DNA from: Bacteroidaceae bacterium
Lineage (GTDB): Bacteria; Bacteroidota; Bacteroidia; Bacteroidales; Bacteroidaceae
DNA: 64,000 nucleotides
NCBI GenBank assembly: GCA_017556045.1
Contig: JAFZFF010000046.1
Span: 13,004-77,003 of the forward strand
Direction of reading: 5' to 3'
Translations under genes and position numbers: made by a program
Part shown: one piece after another, positions 26,281-36,454 of the stretch
Layout: every line of letters begins with the position of its first letter
Numbering within the stretch: the first letter of the stretch is position 1
The notes under the pieces: model-generated
The model's input: only the letters and a program-made list of their open reading frames with translations
What the model was told of the DNA's origin: nothing
The model's database searches: none

Positions 26281-26462
26281 ACGTGAGTTCGATATAAAAC
26301 AATTTGCCAGGATTCTCCTCCTAGGGTAGGAGGAGTACCCTCGTAGAGGGGGAAGTGGTACGATTATTTGCAAGAAAATACCCCCTCCGCTTCACTTCGT
26401 TACGCTCGTCCCCCTACATTAAGGGGACAATCTCTAAAGAAATCCTTATATCGAACTCACGT
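26281..26462. mobile_element. MITE-like element: perfect 17-bp TIRs, 6-bp TSD
   Basis: ACGTGAGTTCGATATAA (26281-26297) is the exact reverse complement of 26446-26462. TAAATA directly flanks both ends (26275-26280, 26463-26468). Confidence 0.7.
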
Positions 26463-26470
26463 TAAATAAT

Positions 26471-26499
26471 AGAGGCGGCGGACTGGGTCCGTCGCCTCT
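26471..26499 (-). terminator. Terminator of folD
   Basis: 12-bp stem AGAGGCGGCGGA/TCCGTCGCCTCT downstream of the folD stop. Confidence 0.55.
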
Positions 26500-26531
26500 C
26501 TCTCTATTATGAGCTGTACGAGTGTGTCGTA

Positions 26532-27413
26532 TTACTTGTATATGGCCTTGGTGCCAGCAAGCAGGGTGTTCATCATGAGCGATACGATAGTCATGGGACC
26601 TACGCCGCCCGGCACAGGGGTGATGTATGAGCACTTGGGGGCTACCTCGTCGAACTTGACGTCGCCAGTGAGCTTGAAGCCACTCTTGCGGGTAGCATCG
26701 GGCACACGGGTGGTACCTACATCGATGACTACGGCACCCTCCTTGACCATGTCGGCAGTGACGAAATTGGGCTGACCCATAGCGGCGATGAGGATGTCGG
26801 CCTCGCGGCACTCCTTAACCAAATCCTTAGAACGGCTGTGGCATACGGTCACAGTGGCGTCGCCAGGGTAGGCCTTCTGCATCATGAGGGTAGCCATGGG
26901 CTTGCCCACGATGTTGCTACGGCCGAGGATGACGCATTTCTTACCCGAGGTCTCGATATTGTAGCGCTTGAGGAGCTGCAGGATACCGTTGGGGGTAGCT
27001 GACACGAAGCAGGGCAGACCGATAGAGAGGCGACCCACGTTGATGGGGTGGAACCCGTCGACATCCTTGCGGTAGTCGATGGCCTCGATGATGCGCTGCT
27101 CGTTGATGTGGCGAGGCAGGGGGAGCTGTACGATAAATCCGTCGACATCGGCATCTTGATTAAGTCTGTCGATCTCGGCGAGCAAGGTGTCCTCAGTAAC
27201 ATCGCTCTCAAAGCGGATGAGCGATGAGGTGAAGCCGCATACTTCGCATGCCTTCACCTTATTGGCTACATAGGTCTCGCTGCCTCCGTCGTGGCCTACG
27301 AGGATGGCTGCCAGGTGGGGACGCTTTTCTCCACGGGCTACACGCTCAGCTACTTCGGCTGCAATCTCTTGCTTGATTTGCTCCGATATGGCTTTTCCGT
27401 CGATTAAATTCAT
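26532..27413 (-). CDS. folD: Bifunctional methylenetetrahydrofolate dehydrogenase/cyclohydrolase
   Basis: 293 aa with the canonical N-terminus [18 protein letters not shown] and the family-wide PGGVGPMT motif. Confidence 0.92.
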   Translation of the reverse strand: MNLIDGKAISEQIKQEIAAEVAERVARGEKRPHLAAILVGHDGGSETYVANKVKACEVCGFTSSLIRFESDVTEDTLLAEIDRLNQDADVDGFIVQLPLPRHINEQRIIEAIDYRKDVDGFHPINVGRLSIGLPCFVSATPNGILQLLKRYNIETSGKKCVILGRSNIVGKPMATLMMQKAYPGDATVTVCHSRSKDLVKECREADILIAAMGQPNFVTADMVKEGAVVIDVGTTRVPDATRKSGFKLTGDVKFDEVAPKCSYITPVPGGVGPMTIVSLMMNTLLAGTKAIYK

Positions 27414-27544
27414 ATTTTATTTCTTGGTGAAGTTAAAGGTAATTAAAGGGAGATATCGCTTCGCTCTTGGGGAGATAAATGCCGATAGTTTAGTACACCG
27501 TGTACAAGTCATTTGGCCTTTATCTCCATTTATCTCCTTGATAC

Positions 27545-28870
27545 TTATCTTCTAAACTTAGGCATACCCATCTTGCCCATGGGCATATTGGCTACGTTCT
27601 TCATCATCTTACGAGTCTGCTCGAACTGCTTGAGCAGGCGGTTTACCTCCTGGATATTGGTACCGCTACCCTTGGCAATACGCTGACGGCGGCTAGCATT
27701 GATAGCATCGGGGTGGCTGCGCTCATAGGGAGTCATTGAGTAGATGATGGCCTCTACGCTCTTGAAGGCATTGTCGTCGATATCGAGATCCTTGATCTGC
27801 TTACCTATACCGGGGATCATGCCCATGAGCTCCTTGATGTTACCCATCTTCTTGATCTGAGCAATCTGAGTGAGGAAGTCGTTGAAGTCAAACTGGTTGC
27901 GAGCGAGCTTCTTAGAGAGCTTCTTAGCCTCTTCTTCGTCAAACTGCTCCTGAGCACGCTCAACGAGTGATACGATGTCACCCATGCCGAGGATACGGTC
28001 GGCCATACGTGAGGGGTGGAATACGTCGAGAGCTTCGAGCTTCTCACCTGTACCGACGAACATGATAGGCTTGCTCACTACGGTACGGATAGAGAGGGCT
28101 GCACCACCACGGGTGTCACCATCGAGCTTGGTGAGTACTACACCGTCAAAGTCGAGACGGTCGTTGAACTCCTTAGCCGTGTTGACTGCATCCTGACCGG
28201 TCATTGAGTCTACAACGAAGAGGATCTGATCGGGAGTAACAGCCTCCTTGATAGCGGCGATCTCCTGCATCATCTGCTCATCTACGGCAAGACGACCTGC
28301 AGTATCGACGATAACGACGTCGTAGTTCTTTGCCTTAGCCTCCTTGATAGCATTCTGAGCGATCTCGATGGGGTTCTTGTTGCCCTCTTCCTTGTATACG
28401 GGCACATCAATCTGCTCACCCAATACTGCGAGCTGGTCTATAGCTGCGGGGCGGTATACGTCACAGGCTGCGAGCAAGGGACGGCGGTGCTTCTTGTTCT
28501 TGAGCATCAGCGCGAGCTTACCTGACATGGTGGTCTTACCAGAACCCTGCAGACCGCTCATGAGGATTACCGAGGGACGACCCTTGAGCTGCAACTCTAC
28601 AGCGTCGCCACCCATGAGGGTTGTGAGCTCATCGTGTACAATCTTTACCATCAACTGGCTGGGCTGTACAGAGGTGAGCACATCCTGGCCCAAAGCCTTC
28701 TCCTTCACGGTGTCGGTGAAGGTCTTGGCTACCTTATAGTTGACGTCGGCATCGAGCAATGCCTTACGTACGTCTTTGAGTGTCTCTGCAACGTTTACTT
28801 CGGTGATCTTACCTTCACCCTTCAGTATCTTAAATGACCTTTCAAGTCTTTCACTTAGGTTTTCAAACAT
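27545..28870 (-). CDS. ffh: Signal recognition particle protein
   Basis: GLQGSGKTT, DTAGR and TKLDG GTPase motifs plus a Met-rich M domain. Confidence 0.93.
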   Translation of the reverse strand: MFENLSERLERSFKILKGEGKITEVNVAETLKDVRKALLDADVNYKVAKTFTDTVKEKALGQDVLTSVQPSQLMVKIVHDELTTLMGGDAVELQLKGRPSVILMSGLQGSGKTTMSGKLALMLKNKKHRRPLLAACDVYRPAAIDQLAVLGEQIDVPVYKEEGNKNPIEIAQNAIKEAKAKNYDVVIVDTAGRLAVDEQMMQEIAAIKEAVTPDQILFVVDSMTGQDAVNTAKEFNDRLDFDGVVLTKLDGDTRGGAALSIRTVVSKPIMFVGTGEKLEALDVFHPSRMADRILGMGDIVSLVERAQEQFDEEEAKKLSKKLARNQFDFNDFLTQIAQIKKMGNIKELMGMIPGIGKQIKDLDIDDNAFKSVEAIIYSMTPYERSHPDAINASRRQRIAKGSGTNIQEVNRLLKQFEQTRKMMKNVANMPMGKMGMPKFRR

Positions 28871-28902
28871 AGTAGTTTTGCTATTATTCTTAAATTAAGC
28901 CG

Positions 28903-28910
28903 CAAAGGTA
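28903..28910 (-). promoter_or_regulatory. -7 promoter box (TACCTTTG) for ffh
   Basis: Plus-strand caaaggta lies about 35 nt upstream of the ffh ATG. Confidence 0.5.
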
Positions 28911-28953
28911 CAAAATATTCGTCGAATAGAGAAATTTAGAATCTGAAAAAAGC

Positions 28954-28981
28954 AGAGGAGGTATTAGCGAATACCTCCTCT
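28954..28981 (-). terminator. Terminator of malQ
   Basis: 12-bp stem AGAGGAGGTATT/AATACCTCCTCT, followed on the minus strand by GCTTTTTT. Confidence 0.7.
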
Positions 28982-29007
28982 TGTACTATGACGTTTGCTC
29001 AAGTAAC

Positions 29008-31467
29008 TTATCGTCCACTCTGGGTGACGAGACGGCGTACTTGGCGGTTGAAGTCATTGGCCTCGAGCAACTCTTCGAGAGTGATGTGCATACGGTATCG
29101 CCAGTAGTTGAAGGGGTTGGCAGGTACGTTGATGCGTTCAGAGTTGAAGTCGGCGTGACGCAGATGTTCGTCGATGGCCATCCAGTCCTGTAGGGGGAGG
29201 ATGGTGAGCATCGCGGGTGAGTCGAGGTGTTGGCGTACGATGGTCTCACATACCCACGCCTCACAATCTATGGGTGCCTTACCACGCTGAGAGAGCATCT
29301 CATTCCAATAGCGCTGGGTGAGCTGGAAATCTTCTTGCCACCATCCGCGTATGCCGCTCATATCGTGGGTCGAGGTGGTGCATACAGAGTAGTAGGGGTA
29401 GTTGGCAGGATTGTCGAAGCTACATCCGTAGGCCTTGGGCATGCGCTGTATCTCGAGCGAGAGGATGCGTAGCTCATCCATCACGGCAGGTACGCAAGCG
29501 GGTATCATGCCGAGGTCTTCGCCGCAGACGAGCATCTCGGTGCTGTCGATGAGGGCGGGCAGCTTCTTCATCGCTTCGCCATACCAGAAGTCGTTATGAC
29601 GATGGTAGTAGAAGTGGTCGTGAAGGGCATAGAAGGCCTTGCGCTCATTCTCGGGAAGTGCCTTGAATGACTCTGTCTCAAATCCATTGATGCGTGGATG
29701 ATAGGTGTCTGGCTGGTATGGGTCCTCGACGAAGAGTACGTCGGTCTCACAATCCTTGGTAAAAGGCATAGCATAGCGCTCCTTGTAGAAGTTGATACCA
29801 TATGAGGTGATCTCTTCTATGGTAAGAGGCATAGCTGGGCTAAAGTGTCCTAACAATCCGCTCTTGGTGGTGCAGGGTATCTCCCAGATGCGGAAGAAGC
29901 CGAGCAGATGGTCTATGCGGTAGGCATCGAAGTAGTCGGCCATCTTGGTGAAGCGGCGTGCAAACCAGTGGTAGCGCTCGGCAGCCATAGCTTGCCAGTT
30001 GTAGGTGGGGAAGCCCCAGTTTTGTCCGTCGCGGGCAAATGCATCAGGGGGAGCACCTGCCTGGCTCTCAAGGCTGAAGAGTGCGGGGTTACACCATGCT
30101 TCTACGCTGGTACGGCTGATGCCGATGGGGATGTCACCCTTGAGTACTACGCCATGCTGATGGGCATAGTCGGCTGCACGCTTGAGCTGTTGGTGCAGGT
30201 GGTATTGGATGAATAGATAGAGTGGACCCTCTGCCTCGGCAAGCTCTTCGCGATATACAGCATCGTCTCCCCACTGGGTATAGTCAGGAGTACCATACTT
30301 GTCGCGCAGGTAGCAGTATGCAGCATAGGGGCGTAGCCATGACTCGTTCTCTTTGTAGAACTGTCGGTATGAAGGGGATGCCAGTGTCTGCTCGCCCTCT
30401 TGTGCGAAGATACGGCGTAGGTAGTCCCACTTAGCAGTGATGACGGCGTCATAGTCTACCTGAGGCAGTTTGTTGAGTGCCTTCTGCTGTTTGCGATACT
30501 CCTTCATTGCCTCCTTGTCGGCCAATACGCCGACCTCTTCGAGACGTATGTATGCGGGGTTGAGGGCAAAGCACGAAATGGCATTGTAGGGGTATGACTC
30601 ATGCCAATTGCGATTCATCGTAGTGTCGTTCACGGGCAACAGTTGTAAGAAGCATTGTCCGGTCTTGGCAGCCCAGTCGACCATCAATGGAATATCTGAG
30701 AACTCTCCAATACCAAAGCTCTTCTGCGAACGCAGTGAGAATACGGGGATGGCGACACCTGCTCCGCGCCAATGTTCCTGCGGGTCTCGCAGGGTGTAGG
30801 TGCGCAGTACACGTAGGGTGATGTCGCTGTAGAGGTCGATATGGAGTTGACGGTTTTCACCAGGCTCCCATGATACCAACTGATTATTGGCGTCTGAGTT
30901 TTCCTCGAGAATGATGAACTTAAACTCACAATGCTCTGCCATCTCGTCCTTGTTTAGCCACAGCTGCCATTCTACACCATGAGGTTCCATGAGGCGTGCT
31001 CGAGTGGTATCCCAAGCTCCCAACGATTCGATGTTGCCACTCATCGCAAGCTTTTGTCCTTTGCGCAGAGTGGGAGCCTCGCAACAGATACATATACCTG
31101 CAGCTCCGTGTGGAGTGTGGCTGTGGGTGTTGTGTGCGAAGATGGCTTTGGTGAAAGCTGACGAGTAGAAGGGGGCAAGGGTAGAGCGGTCTATCCAACG
31201 GTCGCTGATGTGTACATGTCCGTGCAGTGTGTCGGGCAGCAGGTGATGACGCCATTCGGTGCGCTTCACAGTGCCGTTCTCTATCACTACGAAGGTGTAT
31301 GGCGATGAGGCCTTATACTCCCCTTCGAGGGTGATGAACCAACGGCCTTGGCCATCGGTCTGCATGGCATGAGTAGATGCATTGTGTATATTATTTACAT
31401 CGCAGAAGGCAAGATGGATATCTTCGCCCCAATGTGTATGGTAGTGTAGAGTGATAGTAAGTTTCAT
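29008..31467 (-). CDS. malQ: 4-alpha-glucanotransferase (GH77) with N-terminal starch-binding-like region
   Basis: 819 aa. The C-terminal approximately 500 aa have the GH77 pattern (GVAIPVFSLRS, DHLLGFFRIWEIP, CGEDLGMIP, STHD). Confidence 0.85.
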   Translation of the reverse strand: MKLTITLHYHTHWGEDIHLAFCDVNNIHNASTHAMQTDGQGRWFITLEGEYKASSPYTFVVIENGTVKRTEWRHHLLPDTLHGHVHISDRWIDRSTLAPFYSSAFTKAIFAHNTHSHTPHGAAGICICCEAPTLRKGQKLAMSGNIESLGAWDTTRARLMEPHGVEWQLWLNKDEMAEHCEFKFIILEENSDANNQLVSWEPGENRQLHIDLYSDITLRVLRTYTLRDPQEHWRGAGVAIPVFSLRSQKSFGIGEFSDIPLMVDWAAKTGQCFLQLLPVNDTTMNRNWHESYPYNAISCFALNPAYIRLEEVGVLADKEAMKEYRKQQKALNKLPQVDYDAVITAKWDYLRRIFAQEGEQTLASPSYRQFYKENESWLRPYAAYCYLRDKYGTPDYTQWGDDAVYREELAEAEGPLYLFIQYHLHQQLKRAADYAHQHGVVLKGDIPIGISRTSVEAWCNPALFSLESQAGAPPDAFARDGQNWGFPTYNWQAMAAERYHWFARRFTKMADYFDAYRIDHLLGFFRIWEIPCTTKSGLLGHFSPAMPLTIEEITSYGINFYKERYAMPFTKDCETDVLFVEDPYQPDTYHPRINGFETESFKALPENERKAFYALHDHFYYHRHNDFWYGEAMKKLPALIDSTEMLVCGEDLGMIPACVPAVMDELRILSLEIQRMPKAYGCSFDNPANYPYYSVCTTSTHDMSGIRGWWQEDFQLTQRYWNEMLSQRGKAPIDCEAWVCETIVRQHLDSPAMLTILPLQDWMAIDEHLRHADFNSERINVPANPFNYWRYRMHITLEELLEANDFNRQVRRLVTQSGR

Positions 31468-31472
31468 AACCT

Positions 31473-32969
31473 CTATAATTTAATCTTTTCTTTCTTAGGT
31501 CTAGACTCATTTTGCAGACGGTCTAAGGCTGTCACTACGTAAGTGTATTTCACATGTCCACCTTCATAGGTGAGGGGGAGGAAAGTCTGTGTAGTGAATC
31601 CTAAGATCTTGGTAGCATCCTCGAGGTCTATCTTTTCGCCCTTGACAAATCTGTATACGACATACTTTGTGGGGCGATTCATCTCGTTTCTGTATTTGGG
31701 CGCAGTCCAGCAGAGTACGGGGCCATCTTCGGTCCAGATGACACAGAGTCTCTTTACTTGTCTGGGTGCTTTGTTGTCGATGAAGGGATACTCGGGTTGT
31801 AGTGCCAACCAGCGGTGGTAGTCCTCAGTGAGTGCTGTAGCATAGCCTCCTGCATTGTCTGCTACGGCAGATGCAGGCCATTGGCAACTGCCACCGATGG
31901 TCTCATAGTTGCGCTGAAGTGCCATCTTGCGAGCTTGTTGGTGCTGTGTGGGGTTGGTAGCATCAGCAGCCTTGACGGTGCGCATTACATCTTGTCCGAT
32001 ATAGAGTGGACGTCCATTAGCATTCTTTGCCCACCAGTCTACTAAGGTCTCGTAGTCTGCAGCACTGTGACCAATCTCCCAATACACCTGGGGGATGGTG
32101 TAGTCGACCCATCCCTTGTCGATCCAAAGCAGGACGTCGGCATACAAATCATCGTAGTTTTGCAAGCCATTGGTGAGACTACCATTAGGATCGCTCTTCT
32201 GATTGCGGTAGATACCAAAAGGTGAGATACCGAATTTTACCCAAGGCTTGATGCCGCGTATCGTGTGGTGTAGCTGTTTGATAAGGAGGTTGACATTGTC
32301 ACGACGCCAGTCATTCTTATCTGTAAAGCCTCGTGGGTCGGCGCGGAAGGCTTGCTCGTCATCAAACTCAAGTCCTGCCACGGGATAGGGGTAGAAGTAG
32401 TCGTCAATATGCAGACCATCAACATCGTAGCGCTTCACAATATCTGTCACGATGGTGCAGATGTAGTCACGATTGGCCTGTAGGGCAGGGTTGAAGATGA
32501 GCATACCATCATAGTGTACAAATCGTTCTGGATCTTTCTTATAGGGGTGCTTGAGCCCAAGGCTTTTAGTACCTTTGGTCTTGGCACGATAGGGGTTGAT
32601 CCACGCATGCAGCTCCATACCTCTACGGTGACATTGCTCAATCATCCATTGTAGGGGATCCCAATAGGGCTCGGGAGCAACACCCTGCTCGCCAGTGAGG
32701 TAGCGGCTCCAAGGCTCATAGTATGAAAGGTACAGTGCATCGGCTTCGGGACGTACCTGGAAGATGATGGCATTGATGCCCGCACGCTGTAGTGCATCGA
32801 GCTGTGAAGAGAGTGTAGCCTGCATCTCTGATGTGGACATACCTATAAACTGTCCATTGACAGCTTGTATCCAAGCTCCGCGAAACTCGCGTTTGAGGGG
32901 CTCGCTCGCTTTGATAACACAAATGTTTGCTACGAGCGCCAACAATAATAGAGAAATGTATCGTTTCAT
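31473..32969 (-). CDS. GH10-like hydrolase family protein (DUF187/GHL10, YngK-like)
   Basis: Start set at MKRYISLLLLAL (signal). EFRGAWI...INAIIFQVRP...ELHAWINPYR is typical of the DUF187 family. Confidence 0.7.
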   Translation of the reverse strand: MKRYISLLLLALVANICVIKASEPLKREFRGAWIQAVNGQFIGMSTSEMQATLSSQLDALQRAGINAIIFQVRPEADALYLSYYEPWSRYLTGEQGVAPEPYWDPLQWMIEQCHRRGMELHAWINPYRAKTKGTKSLGLKHPYKKDPERFVHYDGMLIFNPALQANRDYICTIVTDIVKRYDVDGLHIDDYFYPYPVAGLEFDDEQAFRADPRGFTDKNDWRRDNVNLLIKQLHHTIRGIKPWVKFGISPFGIYRNQKSDPNGSLTNGLQNYDDLYADVLLWIDKGWVDYTIPQVYWEIGHSAADYETLVDWWAKNANGRPLYIGQDVMRTVKAADATNPTQHQQARKMALQRNYETIGGSCQWPASAVADNAGGYATALTEDYHRWLALQPEYPFIDNKAPRQVKRLCVIWTEDGPVLCWTAPKYRNEMNRPTKYVVYRFVKGEKIDLEDATKILGFTTQTFLPLTYEGGHVKYTYVVTALDRLQNESRPKKEKIKL

Positions 32970-33132
32970 CTTATAAATCTTAAATTTTGTTGCGAAGATA
33001 CATAAAATAGCTACGCCGTACAAGAAAAAGATGCAGAAAAAAGAGCTGTATGAAACGATTTGCTGGCCTTACAAAATGAAGCGTCAAAGCCATGCAGAGC
33101 CTATTGCGACTGTAACCGGCAGGCAATACCAA

Positions 33133-34107
33133 TTATCGGATGGTATAGCTTTGTAAATCCTTGAGGGTGCCGTTGAATACATTAAGATCTACATTGTTCT
33201 CGATGCCAGGTACTGTGCCATAGTCTGTGTGTTGCCAAAATTGCCAAGAGCCTTCGTAGCTAAGGGCATCTACATAGTAGTGGGCTATCCACAAGGGGTA
33301 AGGCGCAAACTCGGGTGTGTCGAGATAGCGGGTCTTGTATTTGTAAGAGGTGTAGATGATGGGTTTGACACCATAGTGCTGTTCCAGACGATTGAGGAAT
33401 TTGATGAGATCTGCCTGTAACTTAACTTTATCATGAGGCTTGCGCTCGATGTCAAGTACGGGGGCGAGGTCGCCCCTCTCAAGTCTGACTTGAGAAATGA
33501 AGAAATCTGCCTGACGTATGGGGTCGGTATTTGGATTATAGAAGTGGTATGCTCCACGGATAAGACCTACTTCGCGCGAACGAGTGAAGTTCTCGGCAAA
33601 TCTGCGGTCTTTGTAGTCACCACCTTCGGTCGCCTTCATAATGGCAAAGCGTATAGGTGGTTGCTGATTGTTTGTGGCGCTGACAGCATCCCAATCGATA
33701 TATCCTTGGTGATGTGATACGTCAATGCCATGTACCTTGTAGTTTAGGGGCAAGCATACTCCATATCCCTTGTTACCATGACAGGGTTTCCAGCGATAGC
33801 TGTAGGGACGTATAAAGAAATAGTAGAAGAAGGCGAGCAATACGAAGACACCAATCAAGGTGAGTGTCCAGTGTATGATTCCCGATTCATTGATCCGCAG
33901 CCATGCCTTACGGCGTGCTTTACGTCGACGCGCCTTGCGTGCAGCCTCTTCCTTAGCTTTAGCTTTGGCGAGAGCTATACGTCGCTTATCACGCTCGCTG
34001 AGTGGCTTGCCCTTCTTGGTTGACTTGCTTGATTTTTTGCCAGTCTTCTTGGGCTTATCGCTCATGCGTATCGTAGTGGTGCGTACTGTGGATTTGGGAG
34101 ATGCCAT
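33133..34107 (-). CDS. GH25 lysozyme/muramidase with basic N-terminal tail and TM segment
   Basis: GIDVSHHQGYIDWDAV motif. The start is probably MASPK (34107), because the hairpin at 34125-34151 occupies the longer ORF extension. Confidence 0.8.
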   Translation of the reverse strand: MASPKSTVRTTTIRMSDKPKKTGKKSSKSTKKGKPLSERDKRRIALAKAKAKEEAARKARRRKARRKAWLRINESGIIHWTLTLIGVFVLLAFFYYFFIRPYSYRWKPCHGNKGYGVCLPLNYKVHGIDVSHHQGYIDWDAVSATNNQQPPIRFAIMKATEGGDYKDRRFAENFTRSREVGLIRGAYHFYNPNTDPIRQADFFISQVRLERGDLAPVLDIERKPHDKVKLQADLIKFLNRLEQHYGVKPIIYTSYKYKTRYLDTPEFAPYPLWIAHYYVDALSYEGSWQFWQHTDYGTVPGIENNVDLNVFNGTLKDLQSYTIR

Positions 34108-34205
34108 TCTTCTTTTTTTAATAAGTAAGGGCAGACAATGCCTGCCCTTACTCAATGTATATAATTAACAGCTCATTGTCGATGTGAGTTGTCAATCATC
34201 GATAA

Positions 34206-35852
34206 TTAGAGGTCACCCAACTCGTAACGGAGTGTCATAGTGGGCTGGTCGCATACCTCGCGGGGGCCATAGTACTGGATGGGGCCGGGGAATACGTACT
34301 CTGTCTCGTTAGCCCATGCCTCACGCTTAGTAGCGAATGCCTGGAAGGGTGCGCCATCGAGCTTCACGAGAGCCTTCTTGATAACGGGCTTCATCTGACC
34401 GTGACGACGCTCCATGTTCATCATCATTGTGATAGGTATACCACCTGTCAGCCATTCCTCAGCAGGACGTGTGGTCTGACGGATTGAAGGCATGTAACCT
34501 GTCTTACCATCAGCGATGAGCAATGATGCTGCATAACCGAGTGAGTAGCAGTAGTCTGCATCGTAGTTAGAGGGAGCTGCGCAACGACCTTCGTAACCGA
34601 AGAAGTGGTGCTGAGCAGCGAACTTACCGTTGTACTTGCCCTCTTCCTTCCAAGCAGCGAGCTTGTTGCCTACCATCTCAGAGAGGAGCTTTTCGGTCTC
34701 GATGAGTGATACCTGTACGTTGCCGTGGGGGTCACGGTCGAGTGAGAGCTGACGAGCTACACCCTCGGGGAGGCTTGCGTATACCTTTGCGTTAGCCTCT
34801 GTGAGGTGGTCGATGATATACTGACGCTGGTTCTCATCTGCTACAGCTGCAAACTCAGCAGCGTTGTGAGCGAGGAAGTCGTTGAGCTCGCTGATGAGTG
34901 ACTTGATCTCGGGGATAAACTCGATAAGACCCTCGGGGATGAGGACAGTACCGAAGTTGTTACCATTAGCAGCACGCTTAGCTACTACCTCAGCGATGTA
35001 TGTTACTACGTCGTCGAGTGACATATTCTTAGCCTCTACCTCCTCAGAGATGATACAGATGTTGGGCTGTACCTGGAGAGCTACCTCAAGAGCGATGTGT
35101 GATGCTGAACGACCCATGAGCTTGATGAAGTGATAGTACTTACGTGCTGAGTCACAGTCACGCTCGATGTTACCTACTACCTCAGCGTATACCTTACAAG
35201 CGGTGTCAAAACCGAATGAAGTCTCGATCATCTCGTTCTTCAAGTCACCGTCGATGGTCTTGGGGCAACCGATAACCTGTACGCCTGCATTGATAGATGC
35301 ATAGTACTCAGCGAGTACGCAAGCGTTGGTGTTAGAGTCGTCACCACCGATGATTACGAGGGCGCTGATGTTGAGCTTCTTGAGGATCTCGAGACCCTTG
35401 TCATACTGCTCCTTAGCCTCGAGCTTGGTACGACCAGAACCGATCATGTCGAAACCACCAGTATTGCGGTACTCGTCTACTACCTCAGCGGTGAGCTCGC
35501 GGTAGTTGTGCTTAACGAGGCCGTCGGGACCCATGAGGAAACCGAAGAGGCGGCTCTCGGGGTTGAGCATCTTAAGACCGTCGAAGAGACCAGAGATTAC
35601 GTTGTGACCACCAGGAGCCTGACCACCTGAAAGGATTACACCTACGTTGATAGGCTTGCTCTCCATCTTCTCAGCGGGAACGAACTTCAACATAGGAGTA
35701 CCGTAGGTGTTGGGGAACAACTCCTTGATAGCTTCCTGGTCAGCAACAGACTGAGTGGGAGCACCCTCTTCAATCTTAACTGCACTTCTCAATACTGTGG
35801 GCAACTTCGGCTGGTACGAAGATCTTGCCAATTGCAATGCGCTTTTTTTCAT
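34206..35852 (-). CDS. pfp: Diphosphate--fructose-6-phosphate 1-phosphotransferase (PPi-PFK)
   Basis: Start set at [20 protein letters not shown] (the PPi-type motif rather than GGDGS). About 548 aa, the long PFP class. Confidence 0.88.
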   Translation of the reverse strand: MKKSALQLARSSYQPKLPTVLRSAVKIEEGAPTQSVADQEAIKELFPNTYGTPMLKFVPAEKMESKPINVGVILSGGQAPGGHNVISGLFDGLKMLNPESRLFGFLMGPDGLVKHNYRELTAEVVDEYRNTGGFDMIGSGRTKLEAKEQYDKGLEILKKLNISALVIIGGDDSNTNACVLAEYYASINAGVQVIGCPKTIDGDLKNEMIETSFGFDTACKVYAEVVGNIERDCDSARKYYHFIKLMGRSASHIALEVALQVQPNICIISEEVEAKNMSLDDVVTYIAEVVAKRAANGNNFGTVLIPEGLIEFIPEIKSLISELNDFLAHNAAEFAAVADENQRQYIIDHLTEANAKVYASLPEGVARQLSLDRDPHGNVQVSLIETEKLLSEMVGNKLAAWKEEGKYNGKFAAQHHFFGYEGRCAAPSNYDADYCYSLGYAASLLIADGKTGYMPSIRQTTRPAEEWLTGGIPITMMMNMERRHGQMKPVIKKALVKLDGAPFQAFATKREAWANETEYVFPGPIQYYGPREVCDQPTMTLRYELGDL

Positions 35853-36114
35853 GTCGTGTAACTTATAATTAAAGTAAACAAAAATTCCATTCACTCTCCG
35901 CTTCATGTCTTTGTGGACACTCCACGGATATGATGACGCAAATTTTGCAAAAATCTGTGGAATAATCAAATTAAACTCCTTTTTTTCTACTTTGTTTGGC
36001 TTATTAATTTTTATTGACTACCTTTACCGAACAAAACGAAGGTGTGGATTGCAACCTACATTTAGCACTTGCGATTGCGCCGCGATTTTATAACTTTATA
36101 AAAAGCTAACGATT

Positions 36115-36378
36115 ATGGCAAACAAAAGAGAATTGAAGAAGAGCATCAACTATGTAGTGGGTGACTTGTTTCAAGAGTGTATTGTACTCAAAGTGATAAA
36201 AAAGGCCGACAATGCCAAGGTGGATGAGGTGTTGACTGATATACTTGATGTTCAGAATGAGTTTTTGGCTCGTGCCAATCATGCAGAACCTGGCAATGTG
36301 AAGGGTCACTATCGTAAGCTGTACAGCGATTTTGGTGATGCTGTAGAGGCTATTATCGGTAAGATGCAAGCTATGTAA
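36115..36378 (+). CDS. Hypothetical small protein, 87 aa
   Basis: ORF followed by a strong terminator. I recognise no motif. Confidence 0.5.
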   Translation: MANKRELKKSINYVVGDLFQECIVLKVIKKADNAKVDEVLTDILDVQNEFLARANHAEPGNVKGHYRKLYSDFGDAVEAIIGKMQAM

Positions 36379-36397
36379 TCATCGTAAATAAATAGTG

Positions 36398-36433
36398 AGA
36401 GAGGAGTCCTATGGGGCTCCTCTCTTATTTTTA
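36398..36433. terminator. Bidirectional terminator between convergent genes
   Basis: AGAGAGGAG...CTCCTCTCT stem followed by TATTTTTAT. Confidence 0.65.
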
Positions 36434-36454
36434 TAAAGTATGTTTTGAGGGTGT

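Noticed and set aside
34125-34151. Hairpin GTAAGGGCAG-acaatg-CTGCCCTTAC, considered as a strong terminator for pfp.
   Set aside because: The stem is good, but the trailing sequence on the minus strand is TTATTAAAAAAAG, which is A-rich rather than U-rich. I used it only to argue for the shorter GH25 start and did not call it as a feature.
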